Source: Macrostomum lignano
Lineage: Eukaryota
Length of the DNA stretch: 64,000 nt
Direction of reading: 5' to 3'
Assembly (NCBI GenBank): GCA_002269645.1
Contig: NIVC01000121.1
Location: forward strand, 1-64,000
Below, piece after piece: positions 36,844 to 48,530 of the stretch. Both the position numbers and the translations under genes were made by a program. Each line of letters opens with the position of its first letter. Position 1 is the first letter of the stretch. Under the pieces are notes generated by a model that worked only from the letters and a program-made list of their open reading frames with translations, was not told the origin of the DNA and ran no database searches.

Positions 36844-37334
36844 TGCCGATTGTGTGTCAACACGCCAGTTCATGCCTCTCCTTACAGTCATACAGCCAAA
36901 GTCTGCTGAGAAACGCTAGCTTCTCTCATTGGTTACGGAATGTGTCAATAGGGCTGGGGAATGGGGAAGGAAAAAATATGCACATCAGGTCCCAGGGCCT
37001 GATGATGATGATGCTATTTAGGCATCGTGAAAAGACACGTGAAAAGCTCACGTGTTGAGAATGTTCTTCTTCTGTTACATAAAAATAGCATTCCATACAA
37101 GAGTGAAGCTTTGAGGCTGGTCTGACCTTGACTAATTGTACTGCATGCATGTACAGCAGTTCAGATTATGTTTCAGGGCGTCGGGTGACTTAAATAGACG
37201 TACGAGTATGAGTGTACAGTTGTTTATTGTTTCTTAAATCCATCAAAGGATTGTCATTGAAGGAGGCTATCTACGAGAATGGTTCACTACAAGCACGAGG
37301 AGTAGTCTGACACTGGCTGGTTTATGAAAGCCAC

Positions 37335-38095
37335 TAGGGTCGCTGTCTAGGTTCACTGTCTAGGGTCACTGTCTAGGGTCACTGTCTAGGTTCACTGTCT
37401 AGGGTCACTGTCTAGGGTCATTGTCTAGGGTCATTGTCCAGGGTCACTGTCTAGGTTCACTGTCTAGGGTCACTGTCTAGGTTCACTGTCTAGGTTCACT
37501 GTCTAGGGTCATTGTCTAGGGTCATTGTCCAGGGTCACTGTCTAGGGTCACTGTCTAGGGTCACTGTCTAGGGTCACTGTCTAGGTTCACTGTCTAGGTT
37601 CACTGTCTAGGGTCATTGTCTAGGGTCATTGTCCAGGGTCACTGTCTAGGGTCACTGTCTAGGGTCACTGTCTAGGTTCACTGTCTAGGTTCACTGTCTA
37701 GGGTCACTGTCTAGGGTCACTGTCTAGGTTCACTGTCTAGGGTCACTGTCTAGGTTCACTGTCTAGGTTCACTGTCTAGGGTCATTGTCTAGGGTCATTG
37801 TCCAGGGTCACTGTCTAGGGTCACTGTCTAGGTTCACTGTCTAGGTTTACTGTCTAGGTTCACTGTCTAGGGTCATTGTCTAGGGTCATTGTCCAGGGTC
37901 ACTGTCTAGGGTCACTTTCTAGGGTCACTGTCTAGGGTCACTGTCTAGGGTCACTGTCCAGGGTCGCTTTTTAGGGTCGCTGTCTAGGGTTACTGTCCAG
38001 GGTCGCTTTTTAGGGTCACTGTCCAGGGTCACTGTCTAGGGTCACTGTCTAGGGTCACTGTCCAGGGTCGCTTTTTAGGGTCGCTGTCTAGGTTC
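37335..38095 (+). repeat. 13-bp satellite CACTGTCTAGG(G/T)T, second array
   Basis: Same unit and orientation as 35160-36228. Confidence 0.95.
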
Positions 38096-38494
38096 GCGAT
38101 ATAGGGGCAATACGCTTGTAACAAATTTGGAAGAAGCTTGTTGATGAACTTTAATCAATTCTGGATCAAAAGCCTTTTAGATCAGTTGATGAATTACCAT
38201 TCAGAATATGAAATAGCTACAGGCACATTTTAAAGTGTCATGTTTAAAACTGAATAACAGCTGGGGCACATATATTACAAAATCAAAGTAACTCATAACC
38301 CACACAGAGCAAGCTGTGCACGTTAACAGGTGTAGACATAACTACTGGTCTGTCCCATACTGTACTGTACATAGATGAATGTACATTGACAGGCCTGTCG
38401 CATTGTTTGATCAGAAAGTAAATCAAACTCACACAATAGAACCTTGCTTATAGTTGACTGTTTACAATGCCACTTTCAGCCTGGTAGAAGCGAG

Positions 38495-38567
38495 GGCCGC
38501 GTGGCGCAATGGATAACGCGTCTGACTACGGATCAGAAGATTCCAGGTTCGAGTCCTGGCGTGGTCG
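38495..38567 (+). tRNA. tRNA-Arg-ACG: tRNA-Arg (anticodon ACG)
   Basis: 73-nt cloverleaf: GGCCGCG/CGTGGTC acceptor stem, TGGCGCAATGG A box, ACG at 38528-38530, GGTTCGAGTCC B box, oligo-T terminator near 38579. Confidence 0.95.
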
Positions 38568-39199
38568 CTCTAATCAAATTTTTTTCTCAAATCAAATCAT
38601 TTCAATATTTTTTAAATCTTGGTTGTTCTATTTTATATCGGCAGTTAAGAGTTAAAAAATCACTAATTTAAGACAACTAATTTAATACTTCTAATAAAAT
38701 TAATTGAAAATGTTTTCTGTCTACTGAAAGTAGTACAAATTTCTTTATTATTTTATAACTGTTTCCAGAGCTTTGCTGATAAATAATGCAAACATATTTT
38801 ATTAAAAGATCCGAGAACTGCAGCAGAGACTCCAAACCTTTCGCTTCTTTAGACGATAACAGAATGGTAAGTAGCTAAAAAGCTGAAATTTGCAAATTAT
38901 AAAACAATCGGGACAGAGAGACTTTTTCGATCAAAATGATGAAAATATGCTTATAGATTTCCGTCTACTTCAAGTAGGACATGAGACTTACTTTTGAATT
39001 CCTTTGGGATCTTACGAACGACGGCGTAAATCGATTAAAATAAAATTGCGTAATTCTGTCTTGATTGACATTTTCAAATCGTATAAATACAGTATCCGAA
39101 GTTCGTAGTACTCGTATAAGTCCTCATTGTTTAATTAACCAATCAAAACACAAAAATAGATTAATCAATAATAAAACAAGCGAAATTTACCAATCAATA

Positions 39200-39753
<554 letters not shown>

Positions 39754-39755
<2 letters not shown>

Positions 39756-42700
39756 AGTCATCATTATCCGCGTCGCCGTTGGCGTCTCCGTCGTTGACAT
39801 CCGGCAGGCTCCAGTCGCGGTCGCGGAAGGCCGCATTGATGGTCCTCTGGGCGGAGTTCAGCTGGCCAGCGTAGGCCCTCGATTTGCGTCGCGTCAGCTG
39901 GCTGACACCCAACCCGCCGTCCATTCTCTTCTCAGTCTCCTTCATCGCCGCGATTGTCTTCTCGTTCTCAGTCGCGCACAGGTGAGGCAGCCGCCAGTCC
40001 CGACAGGCCTGGGTGCAGCGATGCCGTTTGAAAAATTTGGCCATGCCCAGCGCGCCGAGATCTGTGGCGCCGAACTCTTGGCGAAGCGAGTGAATCGCCG
40101 GGTCCGTCAGAGTGTAGCCCTCGGAGCTGAGCACACCCTTGATGGGTGAGGATGGACGGAGAGGTCGGAGTTTTGTCTGGGTCACTTTTGATTATCTCAA
40201 TTGGGATCTTTCCACTCCTGCACTCTTTGATTATCTTCTCTGTGGGGGTCTTTACCCTCCTGCAACAATTGATTATCTCTGTGGGGGTCTTTTTACTCCT
40301 GCACCAATTGATTATCTTCTCTGTGGGGGGGTCTTTCCACTCCTTCACCAATTGATTATCTCTGTGGGGGTCTTTCCACTCCTGCACTCTTTGATTATCT
40401 TCTCTGTGGGGATCATTCCACTCCTGCACCAATTGATTATCTCTGTGGGGGTCTTTCAACTCCTGCACTCTTTGATTATCTTCTCTGTGGGGGTCTTTCC
40501 ACTCCTGCACCAATTGATTATCTCTGTGGGGGTCTTTCCCCTCCTGCACTCTTTAATTATCTCTGTGGGGGTCTTTCCCCTCCTGCACTCTTTGATTATC
40601 TCTGTGGGGGGTCTTTCCACTCCTGCACTCTTTGATTATCTCTGCTGGGGTCTTTCCACTCCTGCACTCTTGGATTATCTTCGTGAGGGTCTTTCCACTC
40701 CTGCACTCTTTAATTATCTCTGTGGGGGTCTTTCCCCTCCTGCACTCTTTGATTATCTCTGTGGGGGGTCTTTCCACTCCTGCACTCTTTGATTATCTCT
40801 GTGAGGCTCTTTCCACTCCTGCGCTCTTTGATTATCTCTGCTGGGGTCTTTCCACTCCTGCACTCTTGGATTATCTTCGTGAGGGTCTTTCCACTCCTGC
40901 ACTCTTTGATTATCTCTGTGGGGGTCTTTCCACTCCTGCACTCTTTGATTATCTCTGTGAGGCTCTTTCCACTCCTGCGCTCTTTGATTATCTCTGCTGG
41001 GGTCTTTCCACTCCTGCACTCTTGGATTATCTTCGTGAGGGTCTTTCCACTCCTGCACTCTTTGATTATCTCTGTGGGGGGTCTTTCCACTCCTGCACTC
41101 TTTGATTATCTCTGTGAGGCTCTTTCCACTCCTGCGCTCTTTGATTATCTCTGCTGGGGTCTTTTCACTCCTGCACTCTTGGATTATCTTCGTGAGGGTC
41201 TTTCCACTCCTGCACTCTTTGATTATCTTCGTGAGGGTCTTTCCACTCCTGCACTCTTGGATTATCTTCTCTGTGGGGGTCTTTCCACTCCTGCACCAAT
41301 TGATTATCTCTGTGGGGGTCTTTCCCCTCCTGCACTCTTTGATTATCTCTGTGGGGGGAGGGGGTCTTTCCACTCCTGCACTGTTTGATTATCTCTGTGA
41401 TGGGGGCTTTCCACACCTGCACTCTTTGATTATCTCTGTGGGGGTCTTTCCACTCCTGCACTCTTTGATTATCTTCTCTGTGGGGGTCTTTCCCCTCCTG
41501 CACTCTTTGATTATCTTCTCTGTGGGGGTCTTTCCCCTCCTGCACTCTTTGATTATCTTCTCTGTGGGGGGTCTTTCCACTCCTGCAGTCTTTGATCATC
41601 TTTATAAAGGGTCCATACGTCTATGTGCACTCCAGTTATCAAGAGCCCTTTGCGGGCAGCTTAATCTCACCTGAATGTCGCACACAAGCAGTCGCCCACC
41701 AGAGTGGTGGTAAGTGAAATGACTGAACGCTGGAATGGTCAGATCCGGGTCCGTTCCATCGTCCAGAAACCAACCCGTGTTGGAGTTGAATTTTCTGTAA
41801 TGTCCAGGTATGTAGTCTTCTACGGCAATGTAATCTCCAATGCTGAGCACCCCGGCCGAGTCCAGGTTTGAGTAGGCCAGCTTTTGAGTTCTGAGTTGGG
41901 GAATTTGAATAAGTAAGGCGCTGAAGTTTAAGGTTTTTTAGCAAAATTTTTGTGTCGGTCATTATAAACTATACAGTAGATTAGTAAGTTGCCATTCTCA
42001 AATACAGTTTGTGTTTATCAGTGAGTTGGGAGGTTGTAGCCTAGTGGTTAGAGCGTCGGACTCACGACTTGAAGGTCGGGGGTTCGATTCTCGACCCGAC
42101 TCGGAACAGTTTGTGTCCTTGAGCAAGACACTTAACTCTGCATTGCTTCAGTTCACCCAGCTGTAAAATGGGTGCCAGCATTAGCTGGGGTAATTGAGGG
42201 TGTGTGTGGCGACCCCCCCCCCCCAGTCCTTGGACTGAACAGCCGTACGCAGCCTTCAGATGCGCCGCGCAATAGCTGCGGCTGAGCTGTCGTTGAAAAT
42301 CTGCCCGATACGTATAGATCGTTAAAGTCCATTTTAAAAAACGCGATAATCATCTTTATAAATATAAATATGGATTATACCTCGCCAGAACTGGCTGAAT
42401 GAAGTGCAACGGCTTGGATGGCATGAACAGGCGGTTGTAGGTCCTGGCGTAGCCCTCAGCCACCACACTGCACCTTGCATCAATGTAGTAGTGTCGAGCT
42501 GCGGACCTTGCCACGCCATCTTTAAAAACCTTTGTGGGGGGTTATAAGCAAGATGGAAGCTTTAAATAGGATTAGTAATATAGTAAATCAGGCACTGAAG
42601 CTGCTGCTCACCTTAGTGACACACACTGCTCACCTTAGTGACACACACTGCTCACCTTTAGTGACACACTGCTCACCTTAGTGACACACACTGCTCACCT

Positions 42701-44579
42701 TAGTGACACACTGCTCACCTTAGTGAAACACACTGCTCATCTTAGTGACACACACTGCTCATCTTAGTGACACACACTGCTCACCTTAGTGACACACTGC
42801 TCACCTTAGTGACACACTGCTCACCTTAGTGACACACACTGCTCACCTTAGTGAAACACTGCTCACCTTAGTGACACACTGCTCACCTTAGTGACACACA
42901 CTGCTCACCTTAGTGACACACACTGCTCACCTTAGTGACACACACTGCTCACCTTAGTGACACACTGCTCACCTTAGTGAAACACACTGCTCATGTTAGT
43001 GACACACACTGCTCATCTTAGTGACACACACTGCCCACCTTAGTGACACACTGCTCACCTTAGTGACACACTGCTCACCTTAGTGACACACACTGCTCAC
43101 CTTAGTGAAACACTGCTCACCTTAGTGACACACTGCTCACCTTAGTGACACACACTGCTCACTTTAGTGACACACACTGCTCACCTTAGTGACACACTGC
43201 TCACCTTAGTGACACACTGCTCATCTTAGTGACACACACTGCCCACCTTAGTGAAACACTGCTCACCTTAGTGACACACTGCTCACCTTAGTGACACACA
43301 CTGCTCACCTTAGTGACACACTGCTCACCTTAGTGACACACTGCTCATCTTAGTGACACACACTGCTCATCTTAGTGACACACACTGCCCACCTTAGTGA
43401 CACACACTGCTCACCTTAGTGAAACACTGCTCACCTTAGTGACACACTGCTCACCTTAGTGACACACACTGCTCACCTTAGTGACACACACTGCTCACCT
43501 TAGTGACACACTGCTCACCTTAGTGACACACTGCTCACCTTAGTGACACACTGCTCACCTTAGTGACACACACTGCTCACCTTAGTGACACACACTGCTC
43601 ACCTTAGTGAAACACTGCTCACCTTAGTGACACACTGCTCACCTTAGTGACACACACTGCTCACCTTAGTGACACACACTGCTCACCTTAGTGACACACT
43701 GCTCACCTTAGTGACACACTGCTCATCTTAGTGACACACACTGCCCACCTTAGTGAAACACTGCTCACCTTAGTGACACACTGCTCACCTTAGTGACACA
43801 CTGCTCACCTTAGTGACACACACTGCTCACCTTAGTGACACACTGCTCACCTTAGTGACACACTGCTCATCTTAGTGACACACACTGCTCATCTTAGTGA
43901 CACACACTGCCCACCTTAGTGACACACACTGCTCACCTTAGTGAAACACTGCTCACCTTAGTGACACACTGCTCACCTTAGTGACACACACTGCTCACCT
44001 TAGTGACACACACTGCTCACCTTAGTGACACACTGCTCACCTTAGTGACACACTGCTCACCTTAGTGACACACTGCTCACCTTAGTGACACACACTGCTC
44101 ACCTTAGTGAAACACTGCTCACCTTAGTGACACACTGCTCACCTTAGTGACACACACTGCTCACCTTAGTGACACACACTGCTCACCTTAGTGACACACT
44201 GCTCACCTTAGTGACACACTGCTCATCTTAGTGACACACACTGCCCACCTTAGTGAAACACTGCTCACCTTAGTGACACACTGCTCACCTTAGTGACACA
44301 CTGCTCACCTTAGTGACACACACTGCTCACCTTAGTGACACACTGCTCACCTTAGTGACACACTGCTCATCTTAGTGACACACACTGCTCATCTTAGTGA
44401 CACACACTGCTCACCTTAGTGACGCACTGCATGCCATTTTTCGGACCGCTGCCCCGGTAGACCCCCCGGAAAGCGAGCCGGCAGCTGCCCTCAGCAAACG
44501 GCTCCGTCTCGAACTCCAGTGTGTAGTCAAGACCCTCTGCAACATAGGTATTACTGAACATAGATGCGGAACTGCCCAT
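39754..44579 (-). CDS. Stand-alone alpha-kinase (eEF2K/MHCK-type domain), 305 aa; exons 44579-44415, 42529-42381, 41890-41671, 40137-39754
   Basis: PFAEGSCRLAFRG; CVTK|VFK; VEDYIPGHYRKFNSNTGW; AFSHFTYHHSGGRLLVCDIQ|GV; LTDPAIHS; FGATDLG..G...FF..H.C...C. Intron phases 0, 2, 0 are compatible. The exon 3 acceptor was chosen by context. Confidence 0.9.
40190..41600 (+). repeat. 33/36-bp minisatellite in alpha-kinase intron 3
   Basis: Unit GGGGGTCTTTCCACTCCTGCACTCTTTGATTATCT(T)CTGT-like. Confidence 0.95.
42025..42320 (+). mobile_element. tRNA-derived CORE-type SINE family A, in alpha-kinase intron 2
   Basis: A box GTAGCCTAGTGG, B box GGTTCGATTC; CORE-like CCTTGAGCAAGACACTTAAC...CTGTAAAATGGG. Other copies at 47963 and 55094. 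Confidence 0.85.
42602..44420 (-). repeat. 19/21-bp minisatellite (TG)TGTCACTAAGGTGAGCAG, about 90 copies, filling alpha-kinase intron 1
   Basis: Unit equals the exon 1 end plus the donor site. Confidence 0.95.
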
Positions 44580-44819
44580 TGCTTCTGATTGAGATGTGTG
44601 CTCAAGTTAGCTTAGATAGATAGTTCGAAAGGTAGGTTCCCAAGGAAATTTAGGCTCTGTTTTATAGAGGAGAACAAACGATTTGTCGGAAAATGTTCCC
44701 CTTTGCTGGAATTTGTGGGAATTTTCTGCAAAAGCACGTCTGCAATGGGCTTTGAACTGCTTCATAATTATGAAGAGAACTAATTGATTAGATAGCTCTG
44801 GTAAAAAAGGTCAAAATGA

Positions 44820-45062
<243 letters not shown>

Positions 45063-45306
45063 TCACTCTTGTTCCATATTTCCGTACTATTTCTCTCCTA
45101 AAAGGTACTCAGTCTATTGAGTACATCTGCCAGGCTCCATATAACTATACAGCGTTCCAGTTGACATAAAAAACACACACAGGGGGAAGAGATGAGAAGT
45201 GAGAAGTGAAGCAGCGCTTCCAGCGATAGAGAATAAATTGAAAGGCGAGAGACCCCAGGCAGAGGGACTGCTCTTTTTCTCTAACTCAGCGCCGCAGCGC
45301 CTACCT

Positions 45307-45319
45307 GTTGCATAGCAAC
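45307..45319. promoter_or_regulatory. RFX X-box GTTGCATAGCAAC
   Basis: Fits GTNRCN-N-RGYAAC; lies 150 nt upstream of the ATG at 45469. Confidence 0.55.
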
Positions 45320-45468
45320 GAACTGGCCTAAAGCTTCTGTGCATGGCATAGGTGAGGCACTCACAGTGCAGTTTTTATTCTCTACAAGCTTGGCCAGGCG
45401 GGACTAAAAAGACCGTAGAAGAGATCTCTTACTGCAACAGTAGGAGCTCCGCAAAACTAGTTCGTAGC

Positions 45469-47085
45469 ATGGACTGTTCGTGCGATGAAGACGACGTTGC
45501 TACAGGAGCCCTGCCTCCCGCGATGTCATCGTCGCAGCCGCAGCTTGTCGGCACCGACGTTAACCTAGCGAATGTGTCGCTGAATGCCAGCATGAAGCCC
45601 GTGCTGCAGAGATTCTGCGATTCAACCAGCAATCCAGCTGAGAAGGCCAGAGCTCTGGAGCTGCTCACTGCGCTCGAACTTTCCAGTGCCATCAAAGCGG
45701 AAGCTCAGGACGGACGGCCCAGAGCGACGAGTGGACGCTCGGCTACTCCGCAGTCCGGCTGCGGAGCCGAAGAACCCGCGACTCAGGACGGGCGACGATG
45801 GAGGCCGCGGACTGCAGCGCCGAGGCTTCTTCAGCAGCAGCGCGGCTCGGCGTCCGACTGCGACACCAGCGGCATTGTTAGCGGAGTGGCGGGCGATGTT
45901 GATATGGCGGAGAGAAGTCTCAGCTACGTAAACAGCTACGAGACTACGCATAATTATTACTATCAACCGCCTGAGCCTTCGGTGAGTGAACGCAGGCACT
46001 AGCCATGCATGAAACTCTCAATCGGCTTTGAAATGCTCTAAAAATAGAGGACCACCGCATCGAGACGAAAGTTCAAGCGATGCAGTAGGTAGATCAGTCT
46101 TATGCCACTCGCAGTAATACAGAAAATTCAAACCGCCCCGCAGCCTAGCAACGCACTTCGACCGGCCAGCTCGCAGATTCAACGCGTCGTACCGCCAGCC
46201 AAAGAACTGGCGCCCGGAAACTCATTCAACGACTTGTTCATGACCACGACGTACAATCGCGAGTATTTCTCTAAGACGCGCCTGCCACCAGGTAGGTCGT
46301 GTCCCGAACGCGCCGCCAGCGCCAGAGGCGTGCGAAACAACAATCCGCATCCGAATCAGGAGTTCATGATGTGGCGCTACCGCAGGCCAATGACCGCCAC
46401 GGAGAAGATCGAATCCACTGCCGCCGCCGCCACGTCGGCAAGTGAGGAGAGCCAGTCGCCAACCGAACCTCTACAGGAACAGAAGCCAAAGCTCACTAAT
46501 GAGTCCTTCGACAGGGCTGTTCGAGGCAAATGCCGGTCAACTTACCAGCACGACTATCTGGGCGTACCAACTAGCTTCGACGTTGGCCAGCGAGCGATTT
46601 CCCTTCTGGGCATCGACGGTCGAGCCGTTGTCTACGATCGGAGCAGCACGTCGCGCGGAGCGTTCGGCAAGCCGCCGGCAGCCCCGGCCGAGCTGGCGGT
46701 TCCGCTCACCCGGTTCGGCCAGCAGCCCGCCAGAGCTGCCCCCGGCATCATCCCAGCAGGCGGTCTCAGCGGCCCGACGTTCGGCACTCGGACTCGGACA
46801 ACCTACGAGGCGCACATCTGCGATCCGGCCAGCGGTTTCATGCGCGTAGCCGACCTGCGCCAGTTGAGCAACGCGCAGAACGCGCAGGCTGTTGCGCAAC
46901 TGTTGAACAGCGCCACGGGCAGCGAGCGCGCCGCTCTGTACAAGCTGTACAAGGAGATGCAGAGCCGAAAGCTGCCCGTCAGCATTCCAATGCCCGTTGA
47001 GCGACGAATTCGCAAAGAACGAGTTGGCGGAAAAATGCAAATCTCGAAACCACCGGCTTACATGTCCACCTGGACGGGACTTTAG
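45469..47085 (+). CDS. TEX26-like / microtubule-inner-protein-like, 491 aa; exons 45469-45981 and 46123-47085
   Basis: Donor TCG|GTGAGT and acceptor atacag|AAA are both phase 0. Repeated TTY..EY / STYQHDY / TTYEAH motifs and TRFG...APGIIP resemble TEX26 as recalled (not searched). Confidence 0.6.
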
Positions 47086-47962
47086 ACTGGTTTTTAAACG
47101 CTTCTTTGATCTTTACCAGCACAGCTGCTGTTTTAACCGCTATAAAACCCACATTTCAGATGTCAGATATTGTCCGTTGTTATTGTTAGTAAGTGGTTTG
47201 GATGTGCGTGTATATTTATTTTTTGGTAATATTATCTGTTTAGTACTACGTTCGTACTAAATTTACCCCACGGTTGCTTTCTATCAAAGATAATAAATAT
47301 CTGTACTGTTCCAGAATTTCATATTTAAGATTAAGAGCAAAATTTCATGGTTTTACCTCTCGTCCTACTCTCGTCGCGTCGCCGTCCCCAAACGCCATAG
47401 TTCAGATTGTCGTTTACTTGTCTCGTTCCTCGCGTCTTATTAGTGCTAAACTTATAAGAACTCTGTCGGGTGCCAAAGGTTCGCCGAAAAGAACCGTTTC
47501 AAGTGCCCATGTCTCGTCAGTCACACATTTGGATACAGATTTTGGAGAGCCATTTGGAGAGACACCAGGCACGTCGCAGTGATCCATGAGGACCCGAGAC
47601 CATGACGGTCTCTCAGCTAGTCAAGTGTGATTTTCTCTGAGACACAGGCTGTCTGTCAGCTGACATCGCTCGACAAACTGACGAACATCTCGGTTAAGTC
47701 CTGGCCACAAAAACTCCTTTGAAACATGTGCCTTGGTGTTTCAGCACTGGGATGCACATCATCATACCCAGTCTTCAGGATGCGCCTGCGGTGAATGGTG
47801 CGGCGGAACATCCTGGAACCATGGTTGACCAAACCGTTCTCGAAAGAGCGCATCGCGGCAAGCTGGTACGGCCGTTCCAACTGAGCGACTTGACCCCACC
47901 GAATGACCTAATTCTGTGTTTAAGCCTCTGAAGCAGCGAATATCAAAGAGTTCCCTCTCTCA

Positions 47963-48294
47963 TAATAGTAATAATTAATAACAATTAATAATAATCGATT
48001 AAACCTGCCTTAATAGGCAGATGTGCAACCGACAGCTCAGCCGCAGCTATCGCGCGGCGCATCTGAAGGCTGAGTACGGCTGTTCAGTCCAACGACTGGG
48101 AAGTCGCCACACACAGCCTCAATTACCCCAGCTAATGCTGGCACCCATTTTACAGCTGGGTGAACTGAAGCAACGCCGAGTTAAGTGTCCTGCTCAAGGA
48201 CACAAATTGTTCCGAGTGGGATCGGGAATCGAACCCCCGACCTTCAAGTCGTGAGTCCGACGCTCTAACCACTGGGCTACGACCCCTCCAACTC
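47963..48294 (-). mobile_element. CORE-type SINE family A inserted in the Gypsy relic
   Basis: TSD TCCCTCTCTCA at 47952-47962 and 48301-48311; (TAA)n-like tail. Confidence 0.85.
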
Positions 48295-48332
48295 CCTCTC
48301 TCCCTCTCTCAATTGTAACCCAACCTTCTATG

Positions 48333-48530
48333 TGTGGTGAGCGAGAGACAAGCCAGTCAGGTTTAGTCCAACAAACAAAATTCAAACCCTCACCCAAAGG
48401 GTGGAGCTATTCTTATATTTACTCGAGAACGCATGTACATATACAAACAGAGCGAGCATGTACATCGGATCCCTTGACCCCCAAACACCGACTAGCAAAA
48501 CAACCCAGTGAGTAAACTCACTTTACAACA
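48333..48530. mobile_element. 198-bp solo LTR
   Basis: TGTGGTG...TACAACA termini; 5-bp TSD CTATG; absent from the paralogous site at 55460. Confidence 0.85.

Noticed and set aside
38790-38875. Possible small plus-strand exon ending ATG|GTAAGT
   Set aside because: Strong donor but no partner exon or homology visible.
39968-41674. Many overlapping ORFs (KECRSGKTP.., FPLLHSLIISVG..)
   Set aside because: Translations of the intron-3 minisatellite.
42025-42100. tRNA gene calls for SINE heads (also 6465, 19724, 48220, 55350)
   Set aside because: No proper acceptor stem; they continue into repeated SINE bodies.
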